Below are positions 1-9,233 of a stretch of DNA of 32,000 bases, in pieces (position 1 is the first letter of the stretch; each line of letters opens with the position of its first letter). Position numbers and translations under genes: made by a program. The notes under the pieces were generated by a model. The model was not told the DNA's origin. It saw only the letters and a program-made list of their open reading frames with translations, and ran no database searches. The stretch covers positions 1,290,001 through 1,322,000 of the forward strand of contig NC_000854.2 in the NCBI RefSeq assembly GCF_000011125.1. Reading direction: 5' to 3'. The stretch comes from Aeropyrum pernix K1. Its GTDB lineage: Archaea; Thermoproteota; Thermoprotei_A; Sulfolobales; Acidilobaceae.

Positions 1-2
1 AG

Positions 3-395
3 CCTGCCCTAGCCATACTGAATAAGGCGGACCTGCCGGGGGCTCGGGAAGCTGCGGAGCCAGCTGTCAAGAGGCTAGGCGAGATAGGCATCGACACCAT
101 AGTAGCCTCAGCCCTGAGGGGCGACGGCCTCGGTGAGATCGCCCCTAGGCTCTTCAGGATGCTTGATATAGTCAGGGTGTATACTAAGCAGCCTAACAAG
201 GAGCCGGATAAGGACCCCCTCGTGCTACACCGGGGCTCTACCGTGATGGACGTTGCCAAACACATTCACAAGGACCTGGTGAGGAGGTTCAAGTACGCCA
301 GGGTGTGGGGTAAGAGTGTTAAGTACCCCGGCCAGAGGGTGGGGCCGGAGCATGTTGTGGAAGACGGGGATATTGTTGAGATACATGTGAGGTGA
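3..395 (+). CDS. C-terminal part of an Obg/DRG-family GTPase with TGS domain (5' truncated by window edge)
   Basis: Frame 3 is open from the window start: PALAILNKADLPGAREAAEPAVKRLGEIGIDTIVASALRGDGLGEIAPRLFRMLDIVRVYTK...; NKAD is the G4 motif, SAL is G5-like, and the TGS-like tail ends VVEDGDIVEIHVR. Confidence 0.88.
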   Translation, partial: PALAILNKADLPGAREAAEPAVKRLGEIGIDTIVASALRGDGLGEIAPRLFRMLDIVRVYTKQPNKEPDKDPLVLHRGSTVMDVAKHIHKDLVRRFKYARVWGKSVKYPGQRVGPEHVVEDGDIVEIHVR

Positions 396-1081
396 AGTCT
401 CACATGCAGGGCTGCAGCCTACTGCCAGTCAACCCTCTCAGGGAGGCGGTTGCCATCACGGTGCTAGCAGTTTACGTGATGCTAATAGTCGTACCGGTCT
501 CGAGACTCCTCCATTCGGCCCTGGTTAGGAGGGGCGTTAGCGAGGAGTCTAGCAGGTATTATGTGAGGAAGTTCATACACGGGGCGGCCGGTGGTGTAGT
601 CGCTCTTCTGGTTCCACTGGTTTTCACCAGCCCCCTGCTGCCCACGCTAGCCGCTCTAGCGCTAGCCGCTCTACTTCTGGTCCTACACGGTAGGCTCTCT
701 TGGTTCCAGGTGTCTGGCAACATGTATGATGTCAACTTCAACATAGCCTGGGGCGCGTCCATAGCTGTTCTATGGTGTTATACCGGCGACCCCTGGACAG
801 CCGTTCTGCCAGCCCTCTTCATAAGCTTCGGAGACGCAGCCACAGGGATAGTCAGGAACATGGTGTTCGGCCACCGCACGAAACACTGGTTGGGTAACGT
901 AGCGATGGCCGCGGTTTCAGTGCCGATAGGGGTTGCTATAGCTGGCTGGATAGGACTTGTTGCGGCCCTCGTCTCCTCGGCGGTAGAGAAGTTTGAAGCT
1001 GGAGTTGTAGACGACAATGTCTTGATCGCCCTGTCATCAACCCTCGTTATACTGGCGGCGGCCGCTGTAGGCCAGCTCTAG
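392..1081 (+). CDS. Polytopic membrane protein, dolichol kinase / phosphatidate cytidylyltransferase-like
   Basis: 229 aa with several hydrophobic segments and a GDAATGIVRNMVFGHRTKHWLGNVAM motif typical of the dolichol/phytol kinase family; GTG start overlaps the upstream stop (GTGA). Confidence 0.72.
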   Translation: MKSHMQGCSLLPVNPLREAVAITVLAVYVMLIVVPVSRLLHSALVRRGVSEESSRYYVRKFIHGAAGGVVALLVPLVFTSPLLPTLAALALAALLLVLHGRLSWFQVSGNMYDVNFNIAWGASIAVLWCYTGDPWTAVLPALFISFGDAATGIVRNMVFGHRTKHWLGNVAMAAVSVPIGVAIAGWIGLVAALVSSAVEKFEAGVVDDNVLIALSSTLVILAAAAVGQL

Positions 1082-1127
1082 GGCTGCTACCCGGCAGTCC
1101 ACACTGGTTTTGAGCAGAATGCCTGCT

Positions 1128-2042
1128 CTACCCTGTCTGCCCCCCCACTTGATGTGGTCTCCGGGAATCAACGAGAACAGCCGCTCTATGCCTTTTCCTA
1201 GCCTCTCTCATCCACTCCTCCAGCTCCACGCCCCTCATACGCCTCCACCAGTCCCTCCTCCAGCTGTAAACCCCCTGGACGTCTATAGTGTAGACTCCCA
1301 TATCCTCCCCGCTACCCAGCTTGAGCCTTACCCAACCGTCTGCAGTGGAGGCTCCTGATACCCACCACCTGTTGGCCTCATCGCCTGTCGAGGGCGGAAC
1401 TATAACGTGGCTTAGGCCTCCTCCCCGGAATGTGTAGCGTTTAGTGGATAGTGGGAAAGAGGCCATATCGACTCCCACAACTGGCGTGTAGAAGTCGAGG
1501 GCCCTGGAGAGGTTTGCCTTTATCCAGTGCCCTTCCATGCTGAACATGTATGAAGGATTGATAAACAAGTCCGCCCCTCCCAGAAAAAGCTCCAAGGCGG
1601 CCTCGGGGAAACTCCAGAAGTCGGCGCACACTGCTACTCCAAGCTTGACCCCTCCTATATCGACAACCCCGTAGTCGCCACTCCACCTGTCGAAGCCCCA
1701 GAGCCTCCTCTCAAGCCTCCCAACATACCTCTTCCTCTGCCTGTACAGAGGATACCCCTCAGGCGAGTAGATGGTTGCCGTGTTATACAGCCTCCCACCC
1801 TCTCTATAGGCTATCCCCGCCACAACGTACACTCCTGAATCGGCTACTGCATCTAGAAAACCCCTTGACTCGTGGAATGGAAAATACTCGGGGAAAACCA
1901 CTATATCCGGATCCAGGCGAGAGGCCCTCGTAACCAGTCCAGCGGCTTTGAGAGGGTTTCCAGGGTGTGAGGGATCATTGTTGACTGGCGCGGGCTGGAC
2001 GACAGCAACCCTAAGAGCCTTAGGCATAAACGACACCCGCAA
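1128..2042 (-). CDS. Carbon-nitrogen hydrolase (nitrilase superfamily)
   Basis: RVAVVQPAP N-terminus, VFPEYFPF (Glu), GVAVCADFWSFPEAALELFLGGADLFINPS (Cys) nitrilase signatures; the start may be the internal ATG near 2027. Confidence 0.85.
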   Translation of the reverse strand: MRVSFMPKALRVAVVQPAPVNNDPSHPGNPLKAAGLVTRASRLDPDIVVFPEYFPFHESRGFLDAVADSGVYVVAGIAYREGGRLYNTATIYSPEGYPLYRQRKRYVGRLERRLWGFDRWSGDYGVVDIGGVKLGVAVCADFWSFPEAALELFLGGADLFINPSYMFSMEGHWIKANLSRALDFYTPVVGVDMASFPLSTKRYTFRGGGLSHVIVPPSTGDEANRWWVSGASTADGWVRLKLGSGEDMGVYTIDVQGVYSWRRDWWRRMRGVELEEWMREARKRHRAAVLVDSRRPHQVGGQTG

Positions 2043-2289
2043 GCCCGGCTCTCACGCTATACTCTATCTTTACCGGCTCTTAAGCTACCCTGGACCTATG
2101 GCTTGCGTGCCGAGTGAAACGGCCTTGACAGCGAGGTGGCAGAGAGTGGTGGCTGTTTCCGATAGTCAGAGGTTATTGGCTTCAAGCTTAGAGTCTTAGA
2201 TATAACGGGGGTTTGACGAGGAATCCGGGAAACGATCCCGGGAAGGCATGTTGCCTCCGGGGATGAGTGAGGCGAACTTCTCCGACCCC

Positions 2290-2757
2290 CTAGAGGCTCT
2301 TGATGAACGTTATCCTACCGTTCACTATGACGAGATAGTAGGGCTTTGCATGTTTACCCTGTTTGGCTAGGACCTCGGCGAGGCTACGGGGCCATAGCTT
2401 CTCTATAAACTCCTCCGGCCTCCTCCACTCTAGCTGGACGAACTTGCTGCGGCTCCTCGGGTTACCCTTGTAGTTGCATGTGAAGTAGAAGAGTATCTCG
2501 TGGAAAGGCTGGTCTGTTTCTAGCACCTCCACTATATAGAGGAGCTTGTCTGGCTCAACTATGATGCCCGCCTCCTCCTTCATCTCCCTCACTAGACATA
2601 GGGGTATGCTCTCGCTATACTCAACCCTCCCCCCGGGGAACACGTAGGCCTCCTTCTTGGGATCCCACTGTACTAGGAGCCTCCCATCCTCCCTCTCTAT
2701 TATGCATCTGGCCCTCACCACCGGCGTCCTCCTGTGTCTAGGCACTAGCTCGTGCAC
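2290..2757 (-). CDS. Nudix hydrolase
   Basis: Nudix box GRVEYSESIPLCLVREMKEEAGI in a 155-aa protein. Confidence 0.9.
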   Translation of the reverse strand: MHELVPRHRRTPVVRARCIIEREDGRLLVQWDPKKEAYVFPGGRVEYSESIPLCLVREMKEEAGIIVEPDKLLYIVEVLETDQPFHEILFYFTCNYKGNPRSRSKFVQLEWRRPEEFIEKLWPRSLAEVLAKQGKHAKPYYLVIVNGRITFIKSL

Positions 2758-2816
2758 CCCGGAGGTGGTAATATCGGGCTGTCATCTAGTTATTCTTTAA
2801 ACTCACCTACCGTCTA

Positions 2817-3155
2817 GTGGGGGACTTCCTCTTGGAGGGCCTGATATACGCGGTATTGAAGGCTATAGGCGAAAACGGTGTCCTCACTCCTGGCGACGCT
2901 GTAAGGCTGGTAAGCGCCCCGCGCTATAGAGTTCTAGCCGCGTTCCAAGTGCTGGAGGAGCTCGGGCTTGCAGAGACTATATACAGTAGGGGCAGCCATA
3001 AGGTGTTCGCCCTAACTAGCCTGGGGAGAAAGGTTCTCCTGGCAGTCGAAAACGGTTTGACCATTAGAGGGTTGCTGGAGGAGGGTGTGGAGAGGGCCTC
3101 GCCAACGCTTTCCGAGGCCTCCTCAGCCGATCAAGTGATATCATCGGGAACGTAG
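2817..3155 (+). CDS. Small winged-helix-like DNA-binding protein
   Basis: 112 aa, LVSAPRYRVLAAFQVLEELGLAETIYSRGSHKVFALTSLGRKVLLA resembles a wHTH; TATA-like tattctttaaac lies about 22 nt upstream of the GTG, consistent with a leaderless transcript. Confidence 0.6.
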   Translation: MGDFLLEGLIYAVLKAIGENGVLTPGDAVRLVSAPRYRVLAAFQVLEELGLAETIYSRGSHKVFALTSLGRKVLLAVENGLTIRGLLEEGVERASPTLSEASSADQVISSGT

Positions 3156-3511
3156 GCCGGCTTGCCCTCAAGGTTGACCACAGGTATTGCTAGCCAGCCA
3201 GGCTTCACCCTGTTACCCAGCTCCACAGCCTCCCCCTTCTCGTCGACCTTAACTAGCACGTAGGCCGGGGCACGATCCTCGCCACCCCCTAGGGGCTCGC
3301 TGTAGTAGTACACTATTGGGACACCGTATTGCTTATAGAAGTCCTTGTAAACCGTCTGCACCATGTAGAAGATCTTCTCCCCATGTTTAAACCTGTATAA
3401 AGGGCTCACAGACATCCTAGCCGCGTTAACAGAGGCCAGCCTAACGAGGTCGTTAAGGCTCGACACCTTAACAGCCACAGCCACCGGTATCTCTGGCGAG
3501 CTGCTCTCCAT
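3131..3511 (-). CDS. Conserved hypothetical protein, 126 aa
   Basis: Well-formed ORF with no assignable motif, convergent with the upstream wHTH gene. Confidence 0.6.
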   Translation of the reverse strand: MESSSPEIPVAVAVKVSSLNDLVRLASVNAARMSVSPLYRFKHGEKIFYMVQTVYKDFYKQYGVPIVYYYSEPLGGGEDRAPAYVLVKVDEKGEAVELGNRVKPGWLAIPVVNLEGKPAYVPDDIT

Positions 3512-3656
3512 ACTTCACACCGACTACTATGGAATGTTACTGGAGTACTTAGAGCTATCGTGGTCAACTGTGCCGGAGCGTTGACTAAGCGGCGAATACC
3601 CGATCTCGCATGCTATAACTCATAGAGTAGTACCGACAATTCACGGCTCTACGGGG

Positions 3657-4301
3657 GTGCTCGGTGTGCCGTCTCCCGCGGAGAAGCTGGGGCTGGTGCC
3701 AGCCTCAATGGTTGCGTCACAACTGTACTGCGAGTACAAGGTTCATCTCGACTTAGGCCGGAACCGGCCTCCAGTCCCAGGTCTTTCAAGACGTATTGCA
3801 AGAAGAGTGGTATTAGAGGAGTCTGACAAAGGTCTCGCGCGTGTTTCTGTCTACGGGGAGGTTATGGGGGTACCCATAGTAGCCAGCCCCGACTTCGCCG
3901 TGTTAGGCGGTGAGAGAGTTGTCGTGGTGGGGAAGACTGCGATAAGAGAGCCACCCCGGAGGCTGGCAGCAGATATGGTGTACCTATACCTATCAACAGT
4001 TCTTCTCGAGGAAAACGGCCTGGCTAGCGAGGGTTGTGGCATGGCTGTTGTTGTAGGCAGGAGCGAGGGTTGTTTGGAAGCTCTACTTAGAAAGGGTGTT
4101 GAGGAGGGCTTTAAACCGCGGAAGGACGGCTGCGGCATAGTCTACACGGAAGTTTACAGGCGAGCGGAGGCGGTGGGTAGGCTATATAGGCTCCTCCAAT
4201 ACTGGAGGGGCGAGCGGCCTCCCGAGCCAAGACCCTCCCCTAGCCGCTGTGCCAAATGCAGATACAAAGGCCTCTGCGAACACAGCGTTGCGACGACCTA
4301 G
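3657..4301 (+). CDS. Cas4/Dna2-like PD-(D/E)XK family protein with FeS-type cysteines; catalytic motifs appear degenerate
   Basis: N-terminal ASQLYCEYKVHLDL and C-terminal CAKCRYKGLCEH frame a four-Cys cluster; GVPIVASPDFAVLGGERVVVVGKTA occupies the place of the D...ExK motif. Confidence 0.6.
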   Translation: MLGVPSPAEKLGLVPASMVASQLYCEYKVHLDLGRNRPPVPGLSRRIARRVVLEESDKGLARVSVYGEVMGVPIVASPDFAVLGGERVVVVGKTAIREPPRRLAADMVYLYLSTVLLEENGLASEGCGMAVVVGRSEGCLEALLRKGVEEGFKPRKDGCGIVYTEVYRRAEAVGRLYRLLQYWRGERPPEPRPSPSRCAKCRYKGLCEHSVATT

Positions 4302-5473
4302 TCCCATTCCTCCTCCATCTCCTGCTTCCTTAGCGTGCCCGCAGACTCCGCTATTGCCTCTTCCATCCCCGGGACTTCCAGGTACTCTACATTAATCTCC
4401 GTCTCCGGGTCAAAGTACATCACCTTATCTTCCTCTATGTTGATGAATATCCTGCTGCCGGGCCTGGGCTCTACCACGGGCGGCACGATAACCTTCACCT
4501 GGCTACCGTTCACCAGCAAGGTCACTATGTTCTCGCGCCCCAGGGTCTCGACCGTATACACCTCTGCCTCCATGGACACGTAGTCGCCCAGCGGGCTTTC
4601 GGAGAGCACTGCAACCTCAGGGCGGAAGCCCAGTATAACTGAGTTGGTCTTCACAGCCGCTAGCTTCTCGGCTATACGCCTGGGCGGGCAGTAGCGCCCA
4701 CCACCTGGTAGCAGGAGGCATCTCCTGCTGCTGTCGAGGGGGACGGAGACTAGGTTGGCTGGAGGCGTGCCTATGAAGCTGGCGACGAAGACGTTCCTGG
4801 GCTTATAGTAGACATCCCAGGGTTTTCCGACCTGCTGTATAACCCCGGATGCTATGATGGCAATCCTATCTGCCATAGCCAGGGCCTCGCTCTGGTCGTG
4901 GGTCACGTATATGGCGGTTATCCCCAGTTCTTTCTGCAGCTTCTTCAGCTCACTCCTTATCTTAATCCTCAGTAGGGCGTCCAGGTTGCTCAGGGGCTCG
5001 TCGAGGAGCAGGACCTCGGGCTCCTTAACAAGAGCACGTGCCAGAGCCACCCGCTGCTGCTGCCCCCCGCTCAGCTGTGCGGGATACCTGTCTAGCAGGC
5101 CTTCTATGCCGAGCAGCTTAGCAACGCTCAATACCTTCTCCTTTATAGCCGGCTCGCCAAAGTTCCTGAGCCTAAGCGGGAAGGCTATGTTTTCATAGAC
5201 CGTCATGTGAGGGTAGAGGGCGTAGTTCTGGAACACGAGACCTATGTTCCTCTTGTTCGGAGGCAAGTCGGTGACGTCTACATCATTAAAATAAATCCTA
5301 CCCCTACTAGGCTTGTAAATCCCCGCTATCAAGTAGAGTAGAGTAGTTTTGCCGGAGCCGCTGGGGCCCAGTATGGAGACGAACTCCTTATCCTCGATAT
5401 AGAGGTTAACATCCCTAACAGCAACAACATTACCAAAAACCTTCCAAACACCCTCGAGCTTCACACTAGCCAA
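4298..5473 (-). CDS. ABC transporter ATP-binding protein, MalK/UgpC (carbohydrate uptake) type
   Basis: GPSGSGKTT Walker A, LSGGQQQRVALARAL signature, VLLLDEPLSNLDA Walker B, ITAIYVTHDQSEA switch, C-terminal regulatory domain. Confidence 0.92.
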   Translation of the reverse strand: MASVKLEGVWKVFGNVVAVRDVNLYIEDKEFVSILGPSGSGKTTLLYLIAGIYKPSRGRIYFNDVDVTDLPPNKRNIGLVFQNYALYPHMTVYENIAFPLRLRNFGEPAIKEKVLSVAKLLGIEGLLDRYPAQLSGGQQQRVALARALVKEPEVLLLDEPLSNLDALLRIKIRSELKKLQKELGITAIYVTHDQSEALAMADRIAIIASGVIQQVGKPWDVYYKPRNVFVASFIGTPPANLVSVPLDSSRRCLLLPGGGRYCPPRRIAEKLAAVKTNSVILGFRPEVAVLSESPLGDYVSMEAEVYTVETLGRENIVTLLVNGSQVKVIVPPVVEPRPGSRIFINIEEDKVMYFDPETEINVEYLEVPGMEEAIAESAGTLRKQEMEEEWD

Positions 5474-5517
5474 ACAGCAACACCCCCAGCACCAGCCCGA
5501 TGAACGCTAAACCGGTA

Positions 5518-5536
5518 TCACGCCAAACAGGCGTGA
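5518..5536. repeat. 7-bp perfect inverted repeat TCACGCC-AAACA-GGCGTGA
   Basis: Arms read directly from sequence, about 45 nt upstream of the ABC ATPase start (minus strand). Confidence 0.55.
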
Positions 5537-5792
5537 CCACCATTGCAAGGCCATTGAAACCCGCGGCAGTAGCCTTATAAATAAAGTAGTATCCGGAGGG
5601 CCAAATTTAATCTATAACATCACGCCAGCCATAACACCCGTAAAGAGGAGGAAACAGGGCTCCATAGCACCATACACCGCCTCTATCTATACCCTATACA
5701 GGAGAAACCGGTTGAAGACCGCTTCCGTACTAGGGGGCTGTAGGTCTAACAGGCGTTCCGGAACTCTGAAGCTAAGTGTTTCTGCTCTCCAG

Positions 5793-5880
5793 TGGTGCGG
5801 GGGGTGGGATTTGAACCCACGCAGGCCTACGCCATCGGGTCCTGAGCCCGACCCCTTTGGCCAGGCTCGGGCACCCCCGC
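5793..5880 (-). tRNA. tRNA-Leu (anticodon CAG), type II with long variable arm and encoded CCA
   Basis: Reverse complement: GCGGGGG-TG-CCCGAG...; anticodon stem/loop TCGGG-CTCAGGA-CCCGA; T-arm GTGGG-TTCAAAT-CCCAC; acceptor GCGGGGG/CCCCCGC; discriminator A; CCA encoded. Confidence 0.95.
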
Positions 5881-5908
5881 ACCGATAATCAGGATTTTTT
5901 AGACGCAG

Positions 5909-5918
5909 CCTTTAAACG
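5909..5918 (-). promoter_or_regulatory. Probable TATA/A-box for tRNA-Leu
   Basis: Minus strand CGTTTAAAGG, centred about 33 nt upstream of the mature tRNA 5' end. Confidence 0.45.
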
Positions 5919-6030
5919 CTTTGGACCCTTGTGTTCTCCACCCCCAGTTTCTTGCCTCTTCTTGCCGTTTGTTTACTTTTGGTTAACAAGGTTTTGGCAC
6001 TAAGCTGTAGGGATAGTTTTGGCTATACCA

Positions 6031-6040
6031 TTCTTTAAAC
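6031..6040 (+). promoter_or_regulatory. Possible TATA/A-box for nrdJ
   Basis: ttctttaaac, about 160 nt upstream of the nrdJ ATG at 6197; TATA-like cttttatgataata at 6061-6074 is an alternative. Confidence 0.35.
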
Positions 6041-6082
6041 CGGGTGTATTATCGATTTTCCTTTTATGATAATACCGTTCAA

Positions 6083-6133
6083 CTGCTAAAGCGGTGGTTC
6101 TTACATGAACAAAATTTGTTGCCGCTTTAACAG
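6083..6133. repeat. Imperfect long inverted repeat in nrdJ leader
   Basis: CTGCTAAAGCGG (6083-6094) versus CCGCTTTAACAG (6122-6133), 11 of 12 positions complementary; the spacer holds a smaller GTTC...GAAC hairpin. Confidence 0.7.
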
Positions 6134-6154
6134 CGTTGGATTCGCATAACAGTA

Positions 6155-6180
6155 GCTAAACCCTCATATCTAGGTTTAGC
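6155..6180. repeat. Perfect inverted repeat GCTAAACC-N10-GGTTTAGC just upstream of nrdJ
   Basis: Arms 6155-6162 and 6173-6180, ending 16 nt before the likely ATG at 6197. Confidence 0.8.
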
Positions 6181-6196
6181 GGGGGTGTTTATTAGA

Positions 6197-9136
6197 ATGA
6201 GTGACGAGATGGAGCTTAAGCTTATACAAGAGTCGGTCTACGAGCCTTCAAAGGAGCTTAAGGCCCGCAAGAGCCTGCTGGCAAGGATATACGGCCAGGT
6301 CGCTGATTCGCGGCGTGGCAGGGATAGGGCGCTAAACGGCGGCCTCCTAGCCCCGGTACCCGGGTGTGTTGAGGATGGAGGGCTTTGTGGCGACGACTTC
6401 GGGTTCACCTATAATGCTGTGAGGGTGCTTATGGCTAGATATATGGTTAAGGATGAGATGGGCCGGTTTCTCGAGACGCCGAGCATGGTGATGAGGAGGG
6501 TTGCCTTAGGCTTTAGGGAGAGGGTTGACCCCGACAGGCTGTATAGGCTTCTGGTGGAGCGAAGGTTCATGTTTAACTCGCCCACCCTCTTCAACATGTT
6601 TGTGGACGGTGCGAGGGGGACACTCTCAGCCTGCTATGTCACTCCTGTTTATGACGACATGGACTCTATAATGGATGCAGCCACGGTTCAGGCAAAAACC
6701 TTCAAGTGGGGCGGGGGCCAGGGCTTCAGCTTCTCCGAGCTCAGGCCCAGGTGGGACGTGGTTAGAGGGACAAGCGGCTATAGCAGCGGTCCCATGAGCT
6801 TCATGAGGCTTTACGACACGGTCACGGAGCTCGTCAAGCAAGGTGGTAAGCGTAGAGGCGCCAACATGGGTATAATGCACGTGTGGCATCCTGACATCTA
6901 CACGCCTGGCTTCGACCCTGCGGTTGCTTTGAGGAACAGCCTGCCACCGCAGGTGCAGGAGCTGATAGACGCGTTCTCCAGGATTATTAGGGAGCTGGGT
7001 GATGAGGGCTATGAGGTTCCAGGAGAGCTTGTGGAGCTGGTGGAGAGCCTATCCAGGCAGGGATGGTGGACTATAGAGGACGCCGGTTTCATCCAGGCAA
7101 AGAAGCCTCCCTTGCAGGACGCTAACCTAACCAACTTCAATATAAGCGTGGGGGCTAACGACGCGTTTATGCAGGCCGTAGTAGAGGGTGGAGACTGGTG
7201 GATGGTAAACCCGAGGTACACGGCCAGCGACAGGGCAGGCATATATAAGATACACTATAGCATATCAAAGGCCACGGGTCTTGGAAGGCTTGGCACCCTA
7301 ATAGAGAAGCACCCTTGGCTGCTTGAGAACCCCTACATCAACCTGTTTGAAGACGTGATTAGCGAGGCCCTCCCTAAGGCTCTCGAGATGCTTGAGGAGC
7401 AGGCTAGGAAGACTGGCATGCCAGCTGACCCGAGGCAGAAGAACGTTCATGCCTGGGTAGCGCCGGCCAGAGAGATTTGGAGGGAGATAGTTGAGGCTGC
7501 ATGGGGCGGCGGAGACCCTGGCCTCGTGTATTTTGACAACCACAACAAGTGGAGCCCAACACCGTGGTTGGGGGCAGTAAACGCTACAAACCCCTGCTCC
7601 GAGCAGACCCTATACCCGTTTGAGCCCTGCAACCTAGGTAGCCTTTCTGTCGACAAATATGTGGCTGGCGGCAGGTTTGACCTGGAAAGGTTTGCCAACG
7701 ATGTGGAGTTCCTTACTGAGGCCATGGATGCAGTTATAGATTTGAACAGGCATCCGGACGAGAGGCAGGATACTGCCAACAAGTTTACCCGGAAAATAGG
7801 TCTTGGTATAATGGGGCTGGCCGACGCCCTGGCAGGCCTCGGCTACCCCTACGACTCTGAGGAGGCCGTCGCGTTCACCACAATACTCATGGCGGGCCTC
7901 GAGGTATTCAGCTGGAAGCGGAGCTGGGAGATGGGTGCGAGGCTAGGCCACGCCCCCGCCTTCGAATGTAGGATGTTCGACTGGAGGAGCTTAGAGTGTA
8001 GGGAGAAGGGGAGCCCCGAGGAGCTTGCAGAACTCCACACTCCAGCCCTTGTCAAGGCTGGGATGGTGGCGAGGCTCGAGGGGGAGTGGCTGAAGGTTAG
8101 GTACCATAGCATCGATCTCAACGGCCCTGCAGCCGAGGTGTTGGAAAAGGCTTTCGGCGAAAGGTTTGAGAGAGATGGTAGTGTGAGGCTCGTCAGAAGG
8201 GATGCCCTAGACGCTGTTGCAAGGCGGGTCTTCGGCATATCGGAGGACATGGCGCTGGAAGCGCTTAACATGGGTCCGGCAGCTGTAGAGAGCCCGAGAC
8301 ACCTGCTAGCCCTAGCTGTCTACAAGCCTATGGAGGCGTGGAGGCTGCTTAGGGAGTATGGCAGGAGGCTTGGTGCGAAGGCACCCAGAAACACCGTTAC
8401 CACGACCATAGCTCCGACGGGCACAATAAGCATTCTAGCCGGCACCAGCAGCGGCATAGAGCCCTACTTCGCCCTGGTCTATAAGAGGCAGGTTGCTGTG
8501 GGCACCTTCCTTGAGGTGGTGTCGAGGTTTAGGGAGGACCTGCTCAAGGCCGCTGAGAAGCATGGAGTAGGGAGGGATGTGTTGGAGATAGTTTATGAGG
8601 AGGTTAGGAGGCATAAAGGGAGCCTGAGGTGGTCTCTCAACGTTCTAGCCGAGAAGCTTGATGGCAGGGTAGACGACGGTTTCCTGGAGGAGCTGGCAAG
8701 GCTTGCCAGGAAATACGCCACAAGCATGGACTTCCCCCTATGGTACCATCTAGCACACCAGATAGCAGCCCAGCTCTACGTAGACCAGGCTATAAGCAAG
8801 ACTGTAAACCTGCCGAGAACCGCTACGCCCGACGATGTAGAGGCGTCATACCTGGCCGCATGGCTTGGCGGGCTGAAAGGCTTCACAGTCTACAGGGACG
8901 AGAGCAAGGGCAGACAGGTCATAGTATTCGGAGCGCAGGAGGGAGGGAGAAGAGGCAGGCTATTAAGGAGGGCTCGGAAGGCTAGGATGGCGCTTCCGAG
9001 GAGGAGGCTTAACCCCAGTGAGGCTGAGCGTGATCCGAAGCTAGCCCAGGTGTTTGAGGTGAAGACTGTGGAGAGCGATGAGGGCGTGACGGTAGAGATG
9101 ACGGAGAACTCAACATGCAAGACCTGCCATCTCTAG
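6197..9136 (+). CDS. nrdJ: Adenosylcobalamin-dependent (class II) ribonucleotide reductase
   Basis: NSPTLFNMFVDGARGTLSACYVTPVYDDMDS, NATNPCSEQTLYPFEPCNLGSLSV, TTIAPTGTISILAGTSSGIEPYFA, C-terminal CKTCHL. The supplied ORF begins at GTG 6185; ATG 6197 is more likely. Confidence 0.93.
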   Translation: MSDEMELKLIQESVYEPSKELKARKSLLARIYGQVADSRRGRDRALNGGLLAPVPGCVEDGGLCGDDFGFTYNAVRVLMARYMVKDEMGRFLETPSMVMRRVALGFRERVDPDRLYRLLVERRFMFNSPTLFNMFVDGARGTLSACYVTPVYDDMDSIMDAATVQAKTFKWGGGQGFSFSELRPRWDVVRGTSGYSSGPMSFMRLYDTVTELVKQGGKRRGANMGIMHVWHPDIYTPGFDPAVALRNSLPPQVQELIDAFSRIIRELGDEGYEVPGELVELVESLSRQGWWTIEDAGFIQAKKPPLQDANLTNFNISVGANDAFMQAVVEGGDWWMVNPRYTASDRAGIYKIHYSISKATGLGRLGTLIEKHPWLLENPYINLFEDVISEALPKALEMLEEQARKTGMPADPRQKNVHAWVAPAREIWREIVEAAWGGGDPGLVYFDNHNKWSPTPWLGAVNATNPCSEQTLYPFEPCNLGSLSVDKYVAGGRFDLERFANDVEFLTEAMDAVIDLNRHPDERQDTANKFTRKIGLGIMGLADALAGLGYPYDSEEAVAFTTILMAGLEVFSWKRSWEMGARLGHAPAFECRMFDWRSLECREKGSPEELAELHTPALVKAGMVARLEGEWLKVRYHSIDLNGPAAEVLEKAFGERFERDGSVRLVRRDALDAVARRVFGISEDMALEALNMGPAAVESPRHLLALAVYKPMEAWRLLREYGRRLGAKAPRNTVTTTIAPTGTISILAGTSSGIEPYFALVYKRQVAVGTFLEVVSRFREDLLKAAEKHGVGRDVLEIVYEEVRRHKGSLRWSLNVLAEKLDGRVDDGFLEELARLARKYATSMDFPLWYHLAHQIAAQLYVDQAISKTVNLPRTATPDDVEASYLAAWLGGLKGFTVYRDESKGRQVIVFGAQEGGRRGRLLRRARKARMALPRRRLNPSEAERDPKLAQVFEVKTVESDEGVTVEMTENSTCKTCHL

Positions 9137-9233
9137 AGTCCACTACTTTCCCCTGCATTGCCATAAAAAGTCTTAACCCCCCTACGTAGACCATATCACC
9201 CCATCCACTGTATAAGCCATTAGGTCTCGAGGG

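Noticed and set aside
1110-1358. + strand 82-aa ORF antisense to the nitrilase 3' end
   Set aside because: Proline-rich low-complexity shadow ORF overlapping the well-supported minus-strand gene.
3657-4301. Cas4 as evidence of a CRISPR-Cas locus
   Set aside because: No direct-repeat array and no other cas gene in the window; active-site motifs look degenerate.
6031-6196. Canonical cobalamin riboswitch upstream of B12-dependent nrdJ
   Set aside because: I could not find the B12-box consensus, and such riboswitches are not typical of crenarchaea; kept only as an undefined regulatory leader.
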